Positions 1-8,620 of a stretch of DNA of 64,000 nucleotides are shown one piece after another. Location: positions 137,867-201,866 of IMG/VR virus record IMGVR_UViG_3300029935_000001; one strand, written 5' to 3'. Positions within the stretch are counted from its first letter, which is position 1, and each line of letters starts with the position of its first letter. Under the pieces are notes generated by a model, which made no database searches, was not told where the DNA came from, and saw only the letters and a list, made by a program, of their open reading frames with translations. The position numbers and the translations under genes are program-made. This DNA is from a virus (taxonomy: Duplodnaviria; Heunggongvirae; Uroviricota; Caudoviricetes).

Positions 1-1426
1 CTTAACAGCAACTGATCCAAAAGGTCCGTTAGTTGCTGCTGTTCCGCCGTCGGAACAAAGCAACGGCGCTGCCCTTGCGTTAGGCGACATCTGGGTTGAT
101 ACGTCGGACTTAGAAAATTATCCTAACATTTACCGTTGGGAAGAAGTGGACGGTGCACGCCAGTGGGTCCGCATCGATAATACTGACCAAACGTCGCAAA
201 GCGGTATTGTGTTTGCTGACGCCCGTTGGTCAGCAAATGGTGACTTAGACCCAATTAACGATCCTATTCCGACGATTGAGTCGCTACTCAATGCGCAATC
301 AAGCGTAGTCGACCCAGACTGCCCGTCGTATACGCTATATCCCGAAGGCACATTGTTGTTTAACACTCGACGCTCAGGCTTTAACGTTAAACGATTTGCT
401 CGTAATTACTTTACTGCAGCTCGGTTCCCTGATGCAGACCTAACTGGTCGTGCGCGTGACACATGGATTACTGCTTCGGGCCTACGTGACGACGGTAGCC
501 CGTACATGGGCCGTAAAGCTGTTCGCGCTATGGTAGTTGCAGCAATGAAATCGGCAGTAGATACTAACGCTGCCATTCGCGAAGAGCAGCGGGCCTTTAA
601 CTTATTAGCTGCGCCAGGGTATCCTGAACTTATTCCGAACTTAGTTGCGCTCAATAATGAGCGCAAGCAAACTGGCTTCGTTGTAGGCGATGCACCTTTA
701 AGGCTTGACGACTCGGGCAACTCAATCCTTTCGTGGACAAATGATGGCGGTCAAGATAATTTAACCTCCGGTGATCCGTACGCTGCTGTTTTCTACCCAG
801 CTTGCCGAACTAACGACTTGTCCGGAAGTCCGGTGGTGCAGCCTGCTAGCCACATGATGCTTCGCACTATTATCCGCAGCGATAGCATCGCGTATCCGTG
901 GTTAGCTCCGGCAGGAACTCGCCGCGGTCTAGTTGATAACGCGCAGTCGTTGGGGTACATTGATGCAGCCACCGGAGAGTTTGTTGAGGTCAACAATCGT
1001 GAACGTGTGCGCGATGTGTTATACGAAAACCGAGTAAACCCAATTACGTTTATTCCTGGGGCTGGGATCACTAACTACGGTAATAAAACGTTATACGAAG
1101 GTTCGGCACTTGACCGAATTAACGTAGCTCGTTTAGTGGCATATGCACGCGGTAGGCTCGAGGCCATTGGGCGCCTTTATTTGTTTGAACCAAATGATCC
1201 GTTGACCCGCAACGAACTCAAAGGTCAAGTTGAGCAACTAATGCAAGAGTTAGTAGCAAAGCGCGCCATTTATGACTACTTAGTAGTGTGCGACGAAAGT
1301 AATAACACACCAGCAAGAATCGATCGTAACGAACTATGGGTTGACATAGCGATCGAACCTGTTAAGGCGATTGAATTTGTTTATATTCCGCTTCGTATTA
1401 AAAATACAGGAGAAATTGGTTCGTAA
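1..1426 (+). CDS. gp18: Tail sheath protein (T4 gp18-like), 5' partial
   Basis: Frame open from base 2; sheath C-terminal motifs (NLLAAPGYPE, YPWLAPAGTRRG, NPITFIPGAG, RINVARL, DESNNTPARIDRN, IEPVKAIEFVYIP). Confidence 0.92.
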   Translation, partial: LTATDPKGPLVAAVPPSEQSNGAALALGDIWVDTSDLENYPNIYRWEEVDGARQWVRIDNTDQTSQSGIVFADARWSANGDLDPINDPIPTIESLLNAQSSVVDPDCPSYTLYPEGTLLFNTRRSGFNVKRFARNYFTAARFPDADLTGRARDTWITASGLRDDGSPYMGRKAVRAMVVAAMKSAVDTNAAIREEQRAFNLLAAPGYPELIPNLVALNNERKQTGFVVGDAPLRLDDSGNSILSWTNDGGQDNLTSGDPYAAVFYPACRTNDLSGSPVVQPASHMMLRTIIRSDSIAYPWLAPAGTRRGLVDNAQSLGYIDAATGEFVEVNNRERVRDVLYENRVNPITFIPGAGITNYGNKTLYEGSALDRINVARLVAYARGRLEAIGRLYLFEPNDPLTRNELKGQVEQLMQELVAKRAIYDYLVVCDESNNTPARIDRNELWVDIAIEPVKAIEFVYIPLRIKNTGEIGS

Positions 1427-1442
1427 CTAACCTAGATGTAAC

Positions 1443-1473
1443 AAAAATAAAGCCCCTAAGGGGCTTTATTTTT
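1443..1473. terminator. Bidirectional intrinsic terminator
   Basis: Perfect inverted repeat AAAAATAAAGCCCC-TAA-GGGGCTTTATTTTT between convergent genes. Confidence 0.85.
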
Positions 1474-1475
1474 GG
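1458..1475 (+). repeat. 18-bp direct repeat, copy 1 (copy 2 at 3050-3067)
   Basis: AAGGGGCTTTATTTTTGG occurs exactly at both ends of the endonuclease gene. Confidence 0.9.
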
Positions 1476-2995
1476 GTCCAAACCCACTTACTGCTACCGC
1501 AGTCCCAAATCCGTAGATATCCTTGCGCTTTCCTGTTTTCCACTTCAGTTAACGTTGGGTTGTCGTTAGTTGTTTTACGCAAGGTAAACCGGTGGATTCG
1601 TTGAGTTGCTGGGGGTTTAAAATACCAATAGTTTGGAACTCCGTCTGAGACCTTAGAAAACCCAATTGCTGAATATAAGTCGCCAGACGACCACCGATTG
1701 TCAGAGTATGATATAATCGATTCAGGAGAGTAAGTTTTTACAAAGTAGTTAAACAACTTACTTGCTGCACCTATAACTATTGTGTTTAGTTTTGACGCAA
1801 ATCGGTTTAACTCCCACCCAACTACTTTTCTCGAAACATTAGACCTGCTAAATGTCATAACAGAGACTAAGTTATCTTGGTAGTATAATCCGAGCCTAAC
1901 GTTGCTACGGCCGTGACGCATAGAGTGATTTTCGTTGCAGAATGCCGATGCTTCTGACGTAGAAATCTCTTGTAGCTTGCATTTTCGAGCATAGATTTTA
2001 TTTTTAGTAAGTCCTAAAATTGCCGACAATCTGCTCTGGGTAATATCCTGTTGAGTTTCCCATTCGTCGCTGAAAATTGTGATTAATCTAATACCTTGCT
2101 CAGTAAAATGTTTTTTCTTGTTAAAACTTCTATGTTTATCTTTACTGTTGTATTCTAAAACATTCTCACTGTGCCAGTATAGTCCGTCGTACTCAATACC
2201 GATATTTTTTGACGGAATAAAAATATCAAGCTCTTGACTGTGGTACGTTTTCCGGTAACCTTGGATGGCGTCTGGGCACACTGATTGAACAAACCGGAAC
2301 AATTCAGTTTCACCGCGACTTTGTTTGACTGTTCGTGGGAAACACGTTGGGCACATCTCTGAGAATGTTTTCGACGGAGTAAAATATTGCGAAGTAAACT
2401 CAAACAAGGTATGGCATTGATTACACTTTAGCTGAAGTGGCTGATGCCCGATTGGAGATTCGACAGTTAGATTGTATTGATTTGCAAGCTCTAAAATTCT
2501 TTTTCGTGTTTTTATAGTCTTTTGTTTGTTAGCCTCAGAACTAGCTTTTTTGATTTTTTCTTTGGCTTCGGTTGTGTGTTTGCGTCCAGCAAACGGCGCT
2601 GGAATTTTACCGTACTTAGTTAGCTTTGTGACTAGAGCCTTTTGGGCTCGTTGTTTAATCGCGTCGCGATTTTTTGCAGCAAACTCTATAGAGCGCTGGC
2701 TCAGTAATGCTTTATGCGCCTCGTCCCATTTTTTACCGCGTTGAATCTCACCGTTGCGAAAACGCTCTTCTCGTTTTGTGATTGCTTCATGTATCTTTGC
2801 TAAGTGCGCAGGATCTGTAACTTTTTTCCCTTTGTTATGCGGAACCCTTGTAGCATGTTTGGCTAAGGTCTCGGCACTATACAGTGAGCCAAATTTATCT
2901 TTATATTCGGCAGTGGTGATGTTATGAGTCTTTAGGTGCTGCCATGGTATAATTTTTGGAAAAGACTCCTGACAAATTTGACAAGTTATCGACAT
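1466..2995 (-). CDS. Free-standing homing endonuclease, Vsr/Hef-like
   Basis: N-terminal CQIC...H..H zinc motif, NUMOD3-like KHTTEAKEKI, nuclease motif ELDIFIP..IGIEYDGLYWH, C-terminal KIYARKC...WELNRFA...IWDCG domain. Confidence 0.75.
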   Translation of the reverse strand: MSITCQICQESFPKIIPWQHLKTHNITTAEYKDKFGSLYSAETLAKHATRVPHNKGKKVTDPAHLAKIHEAITKREERFRNGEIQRGKKWDEAHKALLSQRSIEFAAKNRDAIKQRAQKALVTKLTKYGKIPAPFAGRKHTTEAKEKIKKASSEANKQKTIKTRKRILELANQYNLTVESPIGHQPLQLKCNQCHTLFEFTSQYFTPSKTFSEMCPTCFPRTVKQSRGETELFRFVQSVCPDAIQGYRKTYHSQELDIFIPSKNIGIEYDGLYWHSENVLEYNSKDKHRSFNKKKHFTEQGIRLITIFSDEWETQQDITQSRLSAILGLTKNKIYARKCKLQEISTSEASAFCNENHSMRHGRSNVRLGLYYQDNLVSVMTFSRSNVSRKVVGWELNRFASKLNTIVIGAASKLFNYFVKTYSPESIISYSDNRWSSGDLYSAIGFSKVSDGVPNYWYFKPPATQRIHRFTLRKTTNDNPTLTEVENRKAQGYLRIWDCGSSKWVWTQK

Positions 2996-3028
2996 TGTGG
3001 TTGATCCTAGTAACGCTAATAGCGCAGG

Positions 3029-3036
3029 TATTTATA
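3029..3036 (-). promoter_or_regulatory. T4-type late promoter for the endonuclease gene
   Basis: Exact TATAAATA on the minus strand 33 bp upstream of the ATG at 2995. Confidence 0.75.
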
Positions 3037-3038
3037 AA

Positions 3039-3065
3039 AAAGCCCCTTCAAGGGGCTTTATTTTT
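3039..3065 (-). terminator. Intrinsic terminator, near-duplicate of 1443-1473
   Basis: AAAGCCCCT-TCA-AGGGGCTTT hairpin with T/A tracts on both sides. Confidence 0.8.
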
Positions 3066-3067
3066 GG
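3050..3067 (+). repeat. 18-bp direct repeat, copy 2
   Basis: Identical to 1458-1475. Confidence 0.9.
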
Positions 3068-3285
3068 AGTAGCTTTGCTGTGACCAGCGCAGGATCAATC
3101 CTAAGCAGTTGCTCAGGTTCTTGTCTTAGCGCAACTTGCCAACCGCTATGAACAAGCAAACTAACATTAACAAACTTTGTTCCAGCAATGCCTGTGATTA
3201 CGCCGACTGCCAACCGTCTACCGCCTTTAGAGATAAGGACAACATAGTCGTCTACCTCCAGGTCCTGCCCCAAAAAGTCTCGCAT
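3058..3285 (-). CDS. Hypothetical early protein (~75 aa)
   Basis: ATG at 3285 overlaps the upstream stop (TAATG); ends QK* like the adjacent endonuclease. Confidence 0.65.
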   Translation of the reverse strand: MRDFLGQDLEVDDYVVLISKGGRRLAVGVITGIAGTKFVNVSLLVHSGWQVALRQEPEQLLRIDPALVTAKLLQK

Positions 3286-3587
3286 TATGCCACCCAATCC
3301 ATATTAACTACATGGACGCTAGCATGCCCGCTTCGAATCATCGACTCGAGGTCCATGATGTAGCAAGCTCGCGGGGCCAGTACATAACCGTCGACGATCG
3401 CAGGCTTGAATCCAATTTTGTAGTTGTCGGCAACACGATATCGCACTTCGCTCACCTCAAACTCGGCCTCGATTGCTGCGTCGCTGCTGGTAGTGTAGCT
3501 GAAAAAGCCACAGGTGCGTAGCGGAGTCTCTTTCAACGTAAATCGGAGGTTCGCAACACCGTATTGCTGAGCGAGTTCGCGGATCAT
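3285..3587 (-). CDS. Hypothetical early protein
   Basis: 100-aa ORF in a tightly packed minus-strand cluster, GGAG upstream. Confidence 0.65.
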   Translation of the reverse strand: MIRELAQQYGVANLRFTLKETPLRTCGFFSYTTSSDAAIEAEFEVSEVRYRVADNYKIGFKPAIVDGYVLAPRACYIMDLESMIRSGHASVHVVNMDWVA

Positions 3588-3598
3588 GTAGTGGCTCC

Positions 3599-3742
3599 TT
3601 AAAGGCTGAAAAGAGTGTAAAGGCCAATAGCAACGATTGCGCTGCCGGGTACGATCGCCGGCCGGTCTTGGATGCGAATGCCAAGACCAATTAAAATCGT
3701 GCCAACCGCAACAAAGCCGAGACTCCCAATGACCGGTTCCAT
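3599..3742 (-). CDS. Small two-helix membrane protein (47 aa)
   Basis: MEPVIGSLGFVAVGTILIGLGIRIQDRPAIVPGSAIVAIGLYTLFSL; start follows the upstream stop. Confidence 0.6.
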   Translation of the reverse strand: MEPVIGSLGFVAVGTILIGLGIRIQDRPAIVPGSAIVAIGLYTLFSL

Positions 3743-3743
3743 G

Positions 3744-4052
3744 TTAAGTCGGCTCCAGACGATAGCCCAGCTTTTCGGCCGCCTGCTTGAGCAACGCCAG
3801 CTCGGCTTCGGCTTGCGTTTCGTTACGGTACCAGCCCTTCTCAGCAAGCACCGTGCCGTGGTAACTGTCGAGGACCACCAGTTGTTGACAGTCAGCGTGC
3901 TCAACTTCGACAATGTTGCCGTACTCGAACTGCGGCTGCCCTGCCCGGTTAATGCGGGCTGCGCTCGCCGCAATCTTAGCGCCGAGCCTGGGATCCGATT
4001 CCCATACGTGTTGTTGGTCATTTGCGAGAACAACCACAGTGCGATAACCCAT
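3744..4052 (-). CDS. Hypothetical early protein (102 aa)
   Basis: ATG at 4052 with CGGAG upstream. Confidence 0.65.
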   Translation of the reverse strand: MGYRTVVVLANDQQHVWESDPRLGAKIAASAARINRAGQPQFEYGNIVEVEHADCQQLVVLDSYHGTVLAEKGWYRNETQAEAELALLKQAAEKLGYRLEPT

Positions 4053-4080
4053 TTCGTTTGCTCCGAGTAGTTGAGATCGG

Positions 4081-4230
4081 TTAAAGGAAGAACGAATACA
4101 CACCGAGGCCAGCAATGAGAGTGCCGACACCAATGATCAGGCCGCCGTCAAAGTCGCCAACGCGGCCGCCGGCGTACATAACAAGGCCACCAACAGCAGT
4201 AACTACAGCACTAACAATCATGGGCGACAT
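4081..4230 (-). CDS. Small two-helix membrane protein (49 aa; not in ORF track)
   Basis: MSPMIVSAVVTAVGGLVMYAGGRVGDFDGGLIIGVGTLIAGLGVYSFFL; downstream of a consensus promoter and GGAG RBS. Confidence 0.7.
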   Translation of the reverse strand: MSPMIVSAVVTAVGGLVMYAGGRVGDFDGGLIIGVGTLIAGLGVYSFFL

Positions 4231-4262
4231 TTGCTTGCTCCGTTGCGTTACGTTATGTAGCT

Positions 4263-4291
4263 ATTATACCGGATCTGTGCAGAAAGGTCAA
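4263..4291 (-). promoter_or_regulatory. Sigma70-type early promoter
   Basis: TTGACC-N17-TATAAT. Confidence 0.85.
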
Positions 4292-4297
4292 CCTAAA

Positions 4298-4483
4298 TCA
4301 CAAGTCGAGAAACCGAAAAAGTTCTTCGTCCACCGAAACTGTGCCAGTGCCGCAGCGCTCTGCGAGCTCGAGCATGCTCCTGAGACGGTACAGCCGCACG
4401 CGCCGATCGTCGGGTTGAGCAAACGACAGTTCAGTGCGAACACGCGACAGAATGCCAGCCACCGGAAGATTAATTTGAAGCAT
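4298..4483 (-). CDS. Hypothetical protein (61 aa)
   Basis: ATG 4483; stop abuts the promoter cassette. Confidence 0.55.
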   Translation of the reverse strand: MLQINLPVAGILSRVRTELSFAQPDDRRVRLYRLRSMLELAERCGTGTVSVDEELFRFLDL

Positions 4484-4667
4484 CGTTCTTCTCCACAAAA
4501 ATATAAGTCACTAAGCGCCCGTTGCCCCAGGCAGAGCAACTCGGAATCTCGCCGACCATAAACCAGCACCCAGCACCCTCAGCAAACGCGCACCCTGCAC
4601 AGTCGTCAAACGCAGCAGGTTTGGCGGTGTATTCTTTCCCACCATACTCAAAGTTGAGCGTAGTCAT
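4470..4667 (-). CDS. Small Cys-rich hypothetical protein
   Basis: 65 aa, CAGC..C..C pattern; coupled to upstream gene. Confidence 0.6.
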   Translation of the reverse strand: MTTLNFEYGGKEYTAKPAAFDDCAGCAFAEGAGCWFMVGEIPSCSAWGNGRLVTYIFVEKNDASN

Positions 4668-5026
4668 GCTACTTCCTTGTCAAAGTACGAAAACGGGAGC
4701 CCATTTACGTAGCACAAGTGTTCCAAGTCGTCAGCGCAACCGTCGGCATCGGCAATCCAGCGCAGAGCAGTGGCACGATCGGCAGCGCCAGTCTCGATCA
4801 CCAAAGTCACGCGGGCTTCAAACTCAAGCATTGCGCGGCGCATCGACTCTTTTTCTTCGGCAATGCGCAGTTCAATCTCGGCTGAGCAGCGCTCAATCGC
4901 AGCCCGGAGCTCTTCGACGGTGTCAAACACATGACCGCGCGGACGAATGCCGTATGCGTCTTTGTAAGCGTCGGAGTAGATGCACTCAAGTTGCTCGCGT
5001 TCGCTCAGTTGGTTCCAATCGCGCAT
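4664..5026 (-). CDS. Conserved phage early protein
   Basis: YSDAYKDAYGIRPRG motif; preceded by promoter cassette and GGAG. Confidence 0.75.
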   Translation of the reverse strand: MRDWNQLSEREQLECIYSDAYKDAYGIRPRGHVFDTVEELRAAIERCSAEIELRIAEEKESMRRAMLEFEARVTLVIETGAADRATALRWIADADGCADDLEHLCYVNGLPFSYFDKEVA

Positions 5027-5059
5027 GATCCTTGCTCCGTTGCGTTACTGTATGTAGCT

Positions 5060-5088
5060 ATTATACCAGAATACCAGCAACTGGTCAA
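5060..5088 (-). promoter_or_regulatory. Sigma70-type early promoter
   Basis: TTGACC-N17-TATAAT; flanks nearly identical to 4234-4298. Confidence 0.85.
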
Positions 5089-5094
5089 CCTAAA

Positions 5095-5391
5095 TTAGAC
5101 TGGAACAATCGCGCCTTCCCCGGCCCATCCAGTACCTGAGTCGCACTCAACTAGGTAGCTGGTGTATTTGACCTGCCCGAGATTGTAATCTACCTCGCCC
5201 TCGCCCTCGGCCGCCCGGCGGTCCCACTCGTCGTAATCGATGACGCAGCTTTTGCGCGCAACAATCGTGCCAACACCTTGAAAAACGCACACATTTTTTC
5301 TAACCTGTTGATAAGCGCCAGTGGGTGCCCGATCAGACAGCCACAGCCCAGCGGGGCACTTAGGAGTCACTACGTCGCCGTTTTTGAACAT
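5095..5391 (-). CDS. Hypothetical early protein
   Basis: 98-aa ORF downstream of promoter 5421-5449. Confidence 0.65.
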   Translation of the reverse strand: MFKNGDVVTPKCPAGLWLSDRAPTGAYQQVRKNVCVFQGVGTIVARKSCVIDYDEWDRRAAEGEGEVDYNLGQVKYTSYLVECDSGTGWAGEGAIVPV

Positions 5392-5420
5392 TAGAGTAAT
5401 CTCTGAGCTAAGTTAAGTAA

Positions 5421-5449
5421 AATATACAACAAATAGAGCCATTGGTCAA
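5421..5449 (-). promoter_or_regulatory. Sigma70-type early promoter
   Basis: TTGACC-N17-TATATT. Confidence 0.65.
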
Positions 5450-5486
5450 CTCTTTTGGGCCCGGATTCTTTCCCGGCGATATTGGC

Positions 5487-5492
5487 TAAATA
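5487..5492 (+). promoter_or_regulatory. T4-type late promoter core
   Basis: TAAATA upstream of tail tube RBS AAGGAG; the same hexamer precedes many structural genes. Confidence 0.65.
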
Positions 5493-5515
5493 AGTATATC
5501 AGTAAGGAGACACTA

Positions 5516-6154
5516 ATGTCCGTATCATCATTAAACCGCATGACAGTGCCTATTGCGTCCGACCAATCGAACTCAACGCAAGGCATGTTGATGCCAAAAC
5601 TAAAATTTCGCTTTCGCGTAGTGTTTGAGAACCTCGGTGTCTCTACTCCTCGCAGCGAGCTAACAAAACAAGTAATAGATTTTACACGTCCGTCGGTGAC
5701 CTTTGAAAACATCGACATTGATGTTTATAACTCACAGATCCGATTAGCAGGCAAGCACCGCTGGAACGACATTACGGTTAACGTGCGCGATGACGCAAGC
5801 GGTACCGTAGCTCGGTTGGTCGGCGAGCAGCTACAGAAGCAAGTAGATTTTCATGAACAATCGTCGGCTTCGTCGGGCGTTGACTATAAATTTACAATGC
5901 GTTGCGAAATGCTCGACGGCGGCAACGGCGTCCACGAAGTTAAGGTCCTCGAGACATGGGAGATTTATGGTTGCTTCTTAACTGAGGTGAACTATAACGA
6001 GCTCAATTACGCCGAATCTTCGCCTGTTCAAATTCAAATGAACATTCGATTTGATAACGCTCTACAAACTCCGCTCGAGTACGGCCTTGGCAAGAACGTC
6101 GGTCGCACACTTGGCGATCTCACCACCGGTCCTGGCCTTACACCAATTGGCTGA
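5516..6154 (+). CDS. gp19: Tail tube protein (T4 gp19-like)
   Basis: PKLKFRFRV, FTRPSVTFE, AGKHRWNDITV, ETWEIYGCF, IRFDNA; near sheath gene. Confidence 0.85.
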   Translation: MSVSSLNRMTVPIASDQSNSTQGMLMPKLKFRFRVVFENLGVSTPRSELTKQVIDFTRPSVTFENIDIDVYNSQIRLAGKHRWNDITVNVRDDASGTVARLVGEQLQKQVDFHEQSSASSGVDYKFTMRCEMLDGGNGVHEVKVLETWEIYGCFLTEVNYNELNYAESSPVQIQMNIRFDNALQTPLEYGLGKNVGRTLGDLTTGPGLTPIG

Positions 6155-6161
6155 TAAGTAA

Positions 6162-7130
6162 ATGGCGTTTTTCGGTGACGTAAAAGACGGGCTGCTTTCA
6201 CAAGACTACTTCCGTGATTTTCAACACGGAAGTAGAGTCTTTGGGGCGGATACAATGGCCTTGGCCCCAAAGGTCAAGTTTTTATACCACGTGTATTTTT
6301 CGCTTAACACAGAAATTCCTGCGTTAAGATCATTGTTTCCAAGAACCACGCAAAGTCAAATCGGTCTCATGGTCAAAAGCATTCAGTTGCCGTCGTTTGA
6401 CGTGCAGACTGAGTCGTTAAACCAATACAATCGAACACGTATAGTTCAGACTGGGATTAAGTATCAACCAGTGACTATTACGTTTCACGACGATGGTCGC
6501 GATGTAGTACGGTCGTTGTGGCGACAATACTACCGCTATTACTTTGGCGATTCGCAAGCTCGACCGTCAGAAACCGGCCGCAGAGATATATACAATCAAA
6601 GCCGCCGCGACGCAGCATGGGGTTATTTAGGCGAACCGTACAGCGGCTCAGCCGCTCCGGGAGTAAAACCGCCGTTTTTTACAGATATCCAGGTGTATGG
6701 ATTCAATCAAAAAAATAACGTCGGTTATAAATTGATTAACCCTACAATTAAATCCTGGCAGCACGACACTTACGATTATTCTGAAGCAGCTGGTATAATG
6801 GAACACACTGCGTCTGTGGAATACGAAGCTGTTGAGTATCTTGGTAATCAATCGTTTGTACCAGGGTTTGCTGAACCTGGTGGGTATGATAGATTCCCAA
6901 GTCCGCTTGGAAAACCGGGCGCAAATTCAAGTTTGTTTGGCCCTGGTGGTTTATTCGATAGTATCGGCGATGTTGCGACAGATTTAGCATCCGGCAATGT
7001 TCTTGGTGCTCTATTAGGTGCTGCCAGGACTGCTAATGCAGCTAAACAAATATCCAAGGCAGGATCAGAAGACGAAGTCAAAGCAATTGTTAATGGTGTG
7101 TTAAGGGGCGTATCAGGAATTCCACGATGA
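6162..7130 (+). CDS. Tube-fold baseplate/tail tube initiator-like protein
   Basis: VKSIQLPSF..NQYNR..QTGIKYQPVTITFHDD resembles gp19/gp48/gp54-type proteins. Confidence 0.65.
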   Translation: MAFFGDVKDGLLSQDYFRDFQHGSRVFGADTMALAPKVKFLYHVYFSLNTEIPALRSLFPRTTQSQIGLMVKSIQLPSFDVQTESLNQYNRTRIVQTGIKYQPVTITFHDDGRDVVRSLWRQYYRYYFGDSQARPSETGRRDIYNQSRRDAAWGYLGEPYSGSAAPGVKPPFFTDIQVYGFNQKNNVGYKLINPTIKSWQHDTYDYSEAAGIMEHTASVEYEAVEYLGNQSFVPGFAEPGGYDRFPSPLGKPGANSSLFGPGGLFDSIGDVATDLASGNVLGALLGAARTANAAKQISKAGSEDEVKAIVNGVLRGVSGIPR

Positions 7131-7465
7131 ACATAAATGAGACCACAGTTACAGTTACAGATGAATTTTCAGATTTTTCCGCTGATATTCCAGTGAACGA
7201 GTATGATGTAGTTTTGTCGTTTTTTGTTGATTTAATGAAAAGTCGCCCTGCAGCCGAGCAATTCGCCGGAGTAGTGTTCCGTGTTGCTGCACAAATGGGC
7301 GAAAACGCGTTAGAAATAGTAAACAACCTGCGAGGTAAAACGTCGGATGTGGTTTTACTTACTATTTCATATTATATGAATCAACTAAGATCGCGCGCAT
7401 CGCTCGTAGGCGTTGCTCCAATCCGCGGCCCAAACTTTTATGCGGCCAGGAATGTAATGCTGTGA
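7127..7465 (+). CDS. Conserved virion-module hypothetical protein
   Basis: 112 aa; overlaps both neighbours. Confidence 0.7.
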   Translation: MNINETTVTVTDEFSDFSADIPVNEYDVVLSFFVDLMKSRPAAEQFAGVVFRVAAQMGENALEIVNNLRGKTSDVVLLTISYYMNQLRSRASLVGVAPIRGPNFYAARNVML

Positions 7466-7899
7466 CTAAGTTTGCACAGGGGATATATCAAGTAACAAAC
7501 CCCAAAAAGTATGTTGGCGCTCACCCCCCACAGTATAGATCATCGTGGGAAAACACCTTTTTTCGGTTCTTAGATACCCACCCTGGAATCTTACAGTGGG
7601 CATCGGAATCCATTCGTATTCCGTACCGCCACCCAATAACAGGCAAAATTGCAAATTACATCCCTGACCTCCTAATTCAATATGTTGATAAAAACAACTC
7701 AGTGAAAGTCGAGTTAGTTGAAATCAAGCCGGCGTCGCAAACTTCATTAAATGAAGCTAAGTCAAAACACGACAAGATTCACGCAATTATTAATGCAGCT
7801 AAATGGGAAGCTGCCAGTCGCTTTTGTCGGGCCCAGGGAATGATTTTTAGGGTTGTGACAGAGGTGCAGCTCTTCGGCGGTAAATATCGTAAACGATAG
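7462..7899 (+). CDS. gp4: Head completion nuclease (T4 gp4-like)
   Basis: YRSSWE..QWASE.IRIPY..YIPD..VEIKP..NAAKWEAA..C..F.V.TE. Confidence 0.88.
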   Translation: MTKFAQGIYQVTNPKKYVGAHPPQYRSSWENTFFRFLDTHPGILQWASESIRIPYRHPITGKIANYIPDLLIQYVDKNNSVKVELVEIKPASQTSLNEAKSKHDKIHAIINAAKWEAASRFCRAQGMIFRVVTEVQLFGGKYRKR

Positions 7900-7906
7900 G
7901 ATCAGC

Positions 7907-8620
7907 ATGTTTATTGAAAACAAATACCTAAAATGGTATAACGCGATTATTGCTGCCGCATGCACCCGAGAAAAACTGCCAGGGGCATACGTTGAGCATC
8001 ATCATATTGTCCCCCGGAGTCCGGGTGGTACCAATTCAAAAAGCAACATAGTCAGGTTGTCGCCCCGCGAGCACTTTGTTTGCCACCTGCTCCTTCCGAA
8101 GATAACCAGTGGAAATGCCCGATATAAGATGATGTTTGCGTTGTCGATGATTACTAAAGCCATGAACATTGGGGCTGGCAGGTATCGGCCATCGAGCAAA
8201 CTCTACGAATCAGCTAGGCGTCAATATCTCGAAGCATCGTCTCACTACTGGACAGAAGATCGGCGGGCAGCGCAGGCCCTTAGGGCAAGTGTCGATCACA
8301 AAGGAAGGAAGGCATCTGACGTTACGAAGGAACGTTTGCGAAATAAGCGTTGGTCCGCTACTGCTATTGAGTCTAGACTGGCCAATTGTTTAGCATCAGC
8401 TGCCAGACGCAAGGGTGTAAAAAACCCAGCGCACGGCGAAGCGGTGTTTCGACTCTACGTTGAACAAAATATTGATACTATCCGCAAGGTTTGGGAGTTG
8501 TATGACCAAGGAGTCAACCGTCGGCAAATTTCGATAAAGATGGGGATAAGTTGGGACAGGGTTGGCACGGCAATAAAACATCGTGAAAAAATTCAGACCG
8601 TGATAGGACAAGTATTATGA
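7907..8620 (+). CDS. Free-standing HNH homing endonuclease (Mob-like)
   Basis: NKYLKWY..EHHHIVPRS.GG.N..N.V.L..REHFVCH.LL; C-terminal HTH-like segment. Confidence 0.85.
   Translation: MFIENKYLKWYNAIIAAACTREKLPGAYVEHHHIVPRSPGGTNSKSNIVRLSPREHFVCHLLLPKITSGNARYKMMFALSMITKAMNIGAGRYRPSSKLYESARRQYLEASSHYWTEDRRAAQALRASVDHKGRKASDVTKERLRNKRWSATAIESRLANCLASAARRKGVKNPAHGEAVFRLYVEQNIDTIRKVWELYDQGVNRRQISIKMGISWDRVGTAIKHREKIQTVIGQVL

Noticed and set aside
4234-5095. Mini CRISPR array
   Set aside because: Only two units about 800 bp apart, and the conserved parts are promoter and RBS elements.
7462-7899. Tn7 TnsA transposase
   Set aside because: Size, motifs and virion-gene context fit T4 gp4; no TnsB/TnsC genes or transposon ends.
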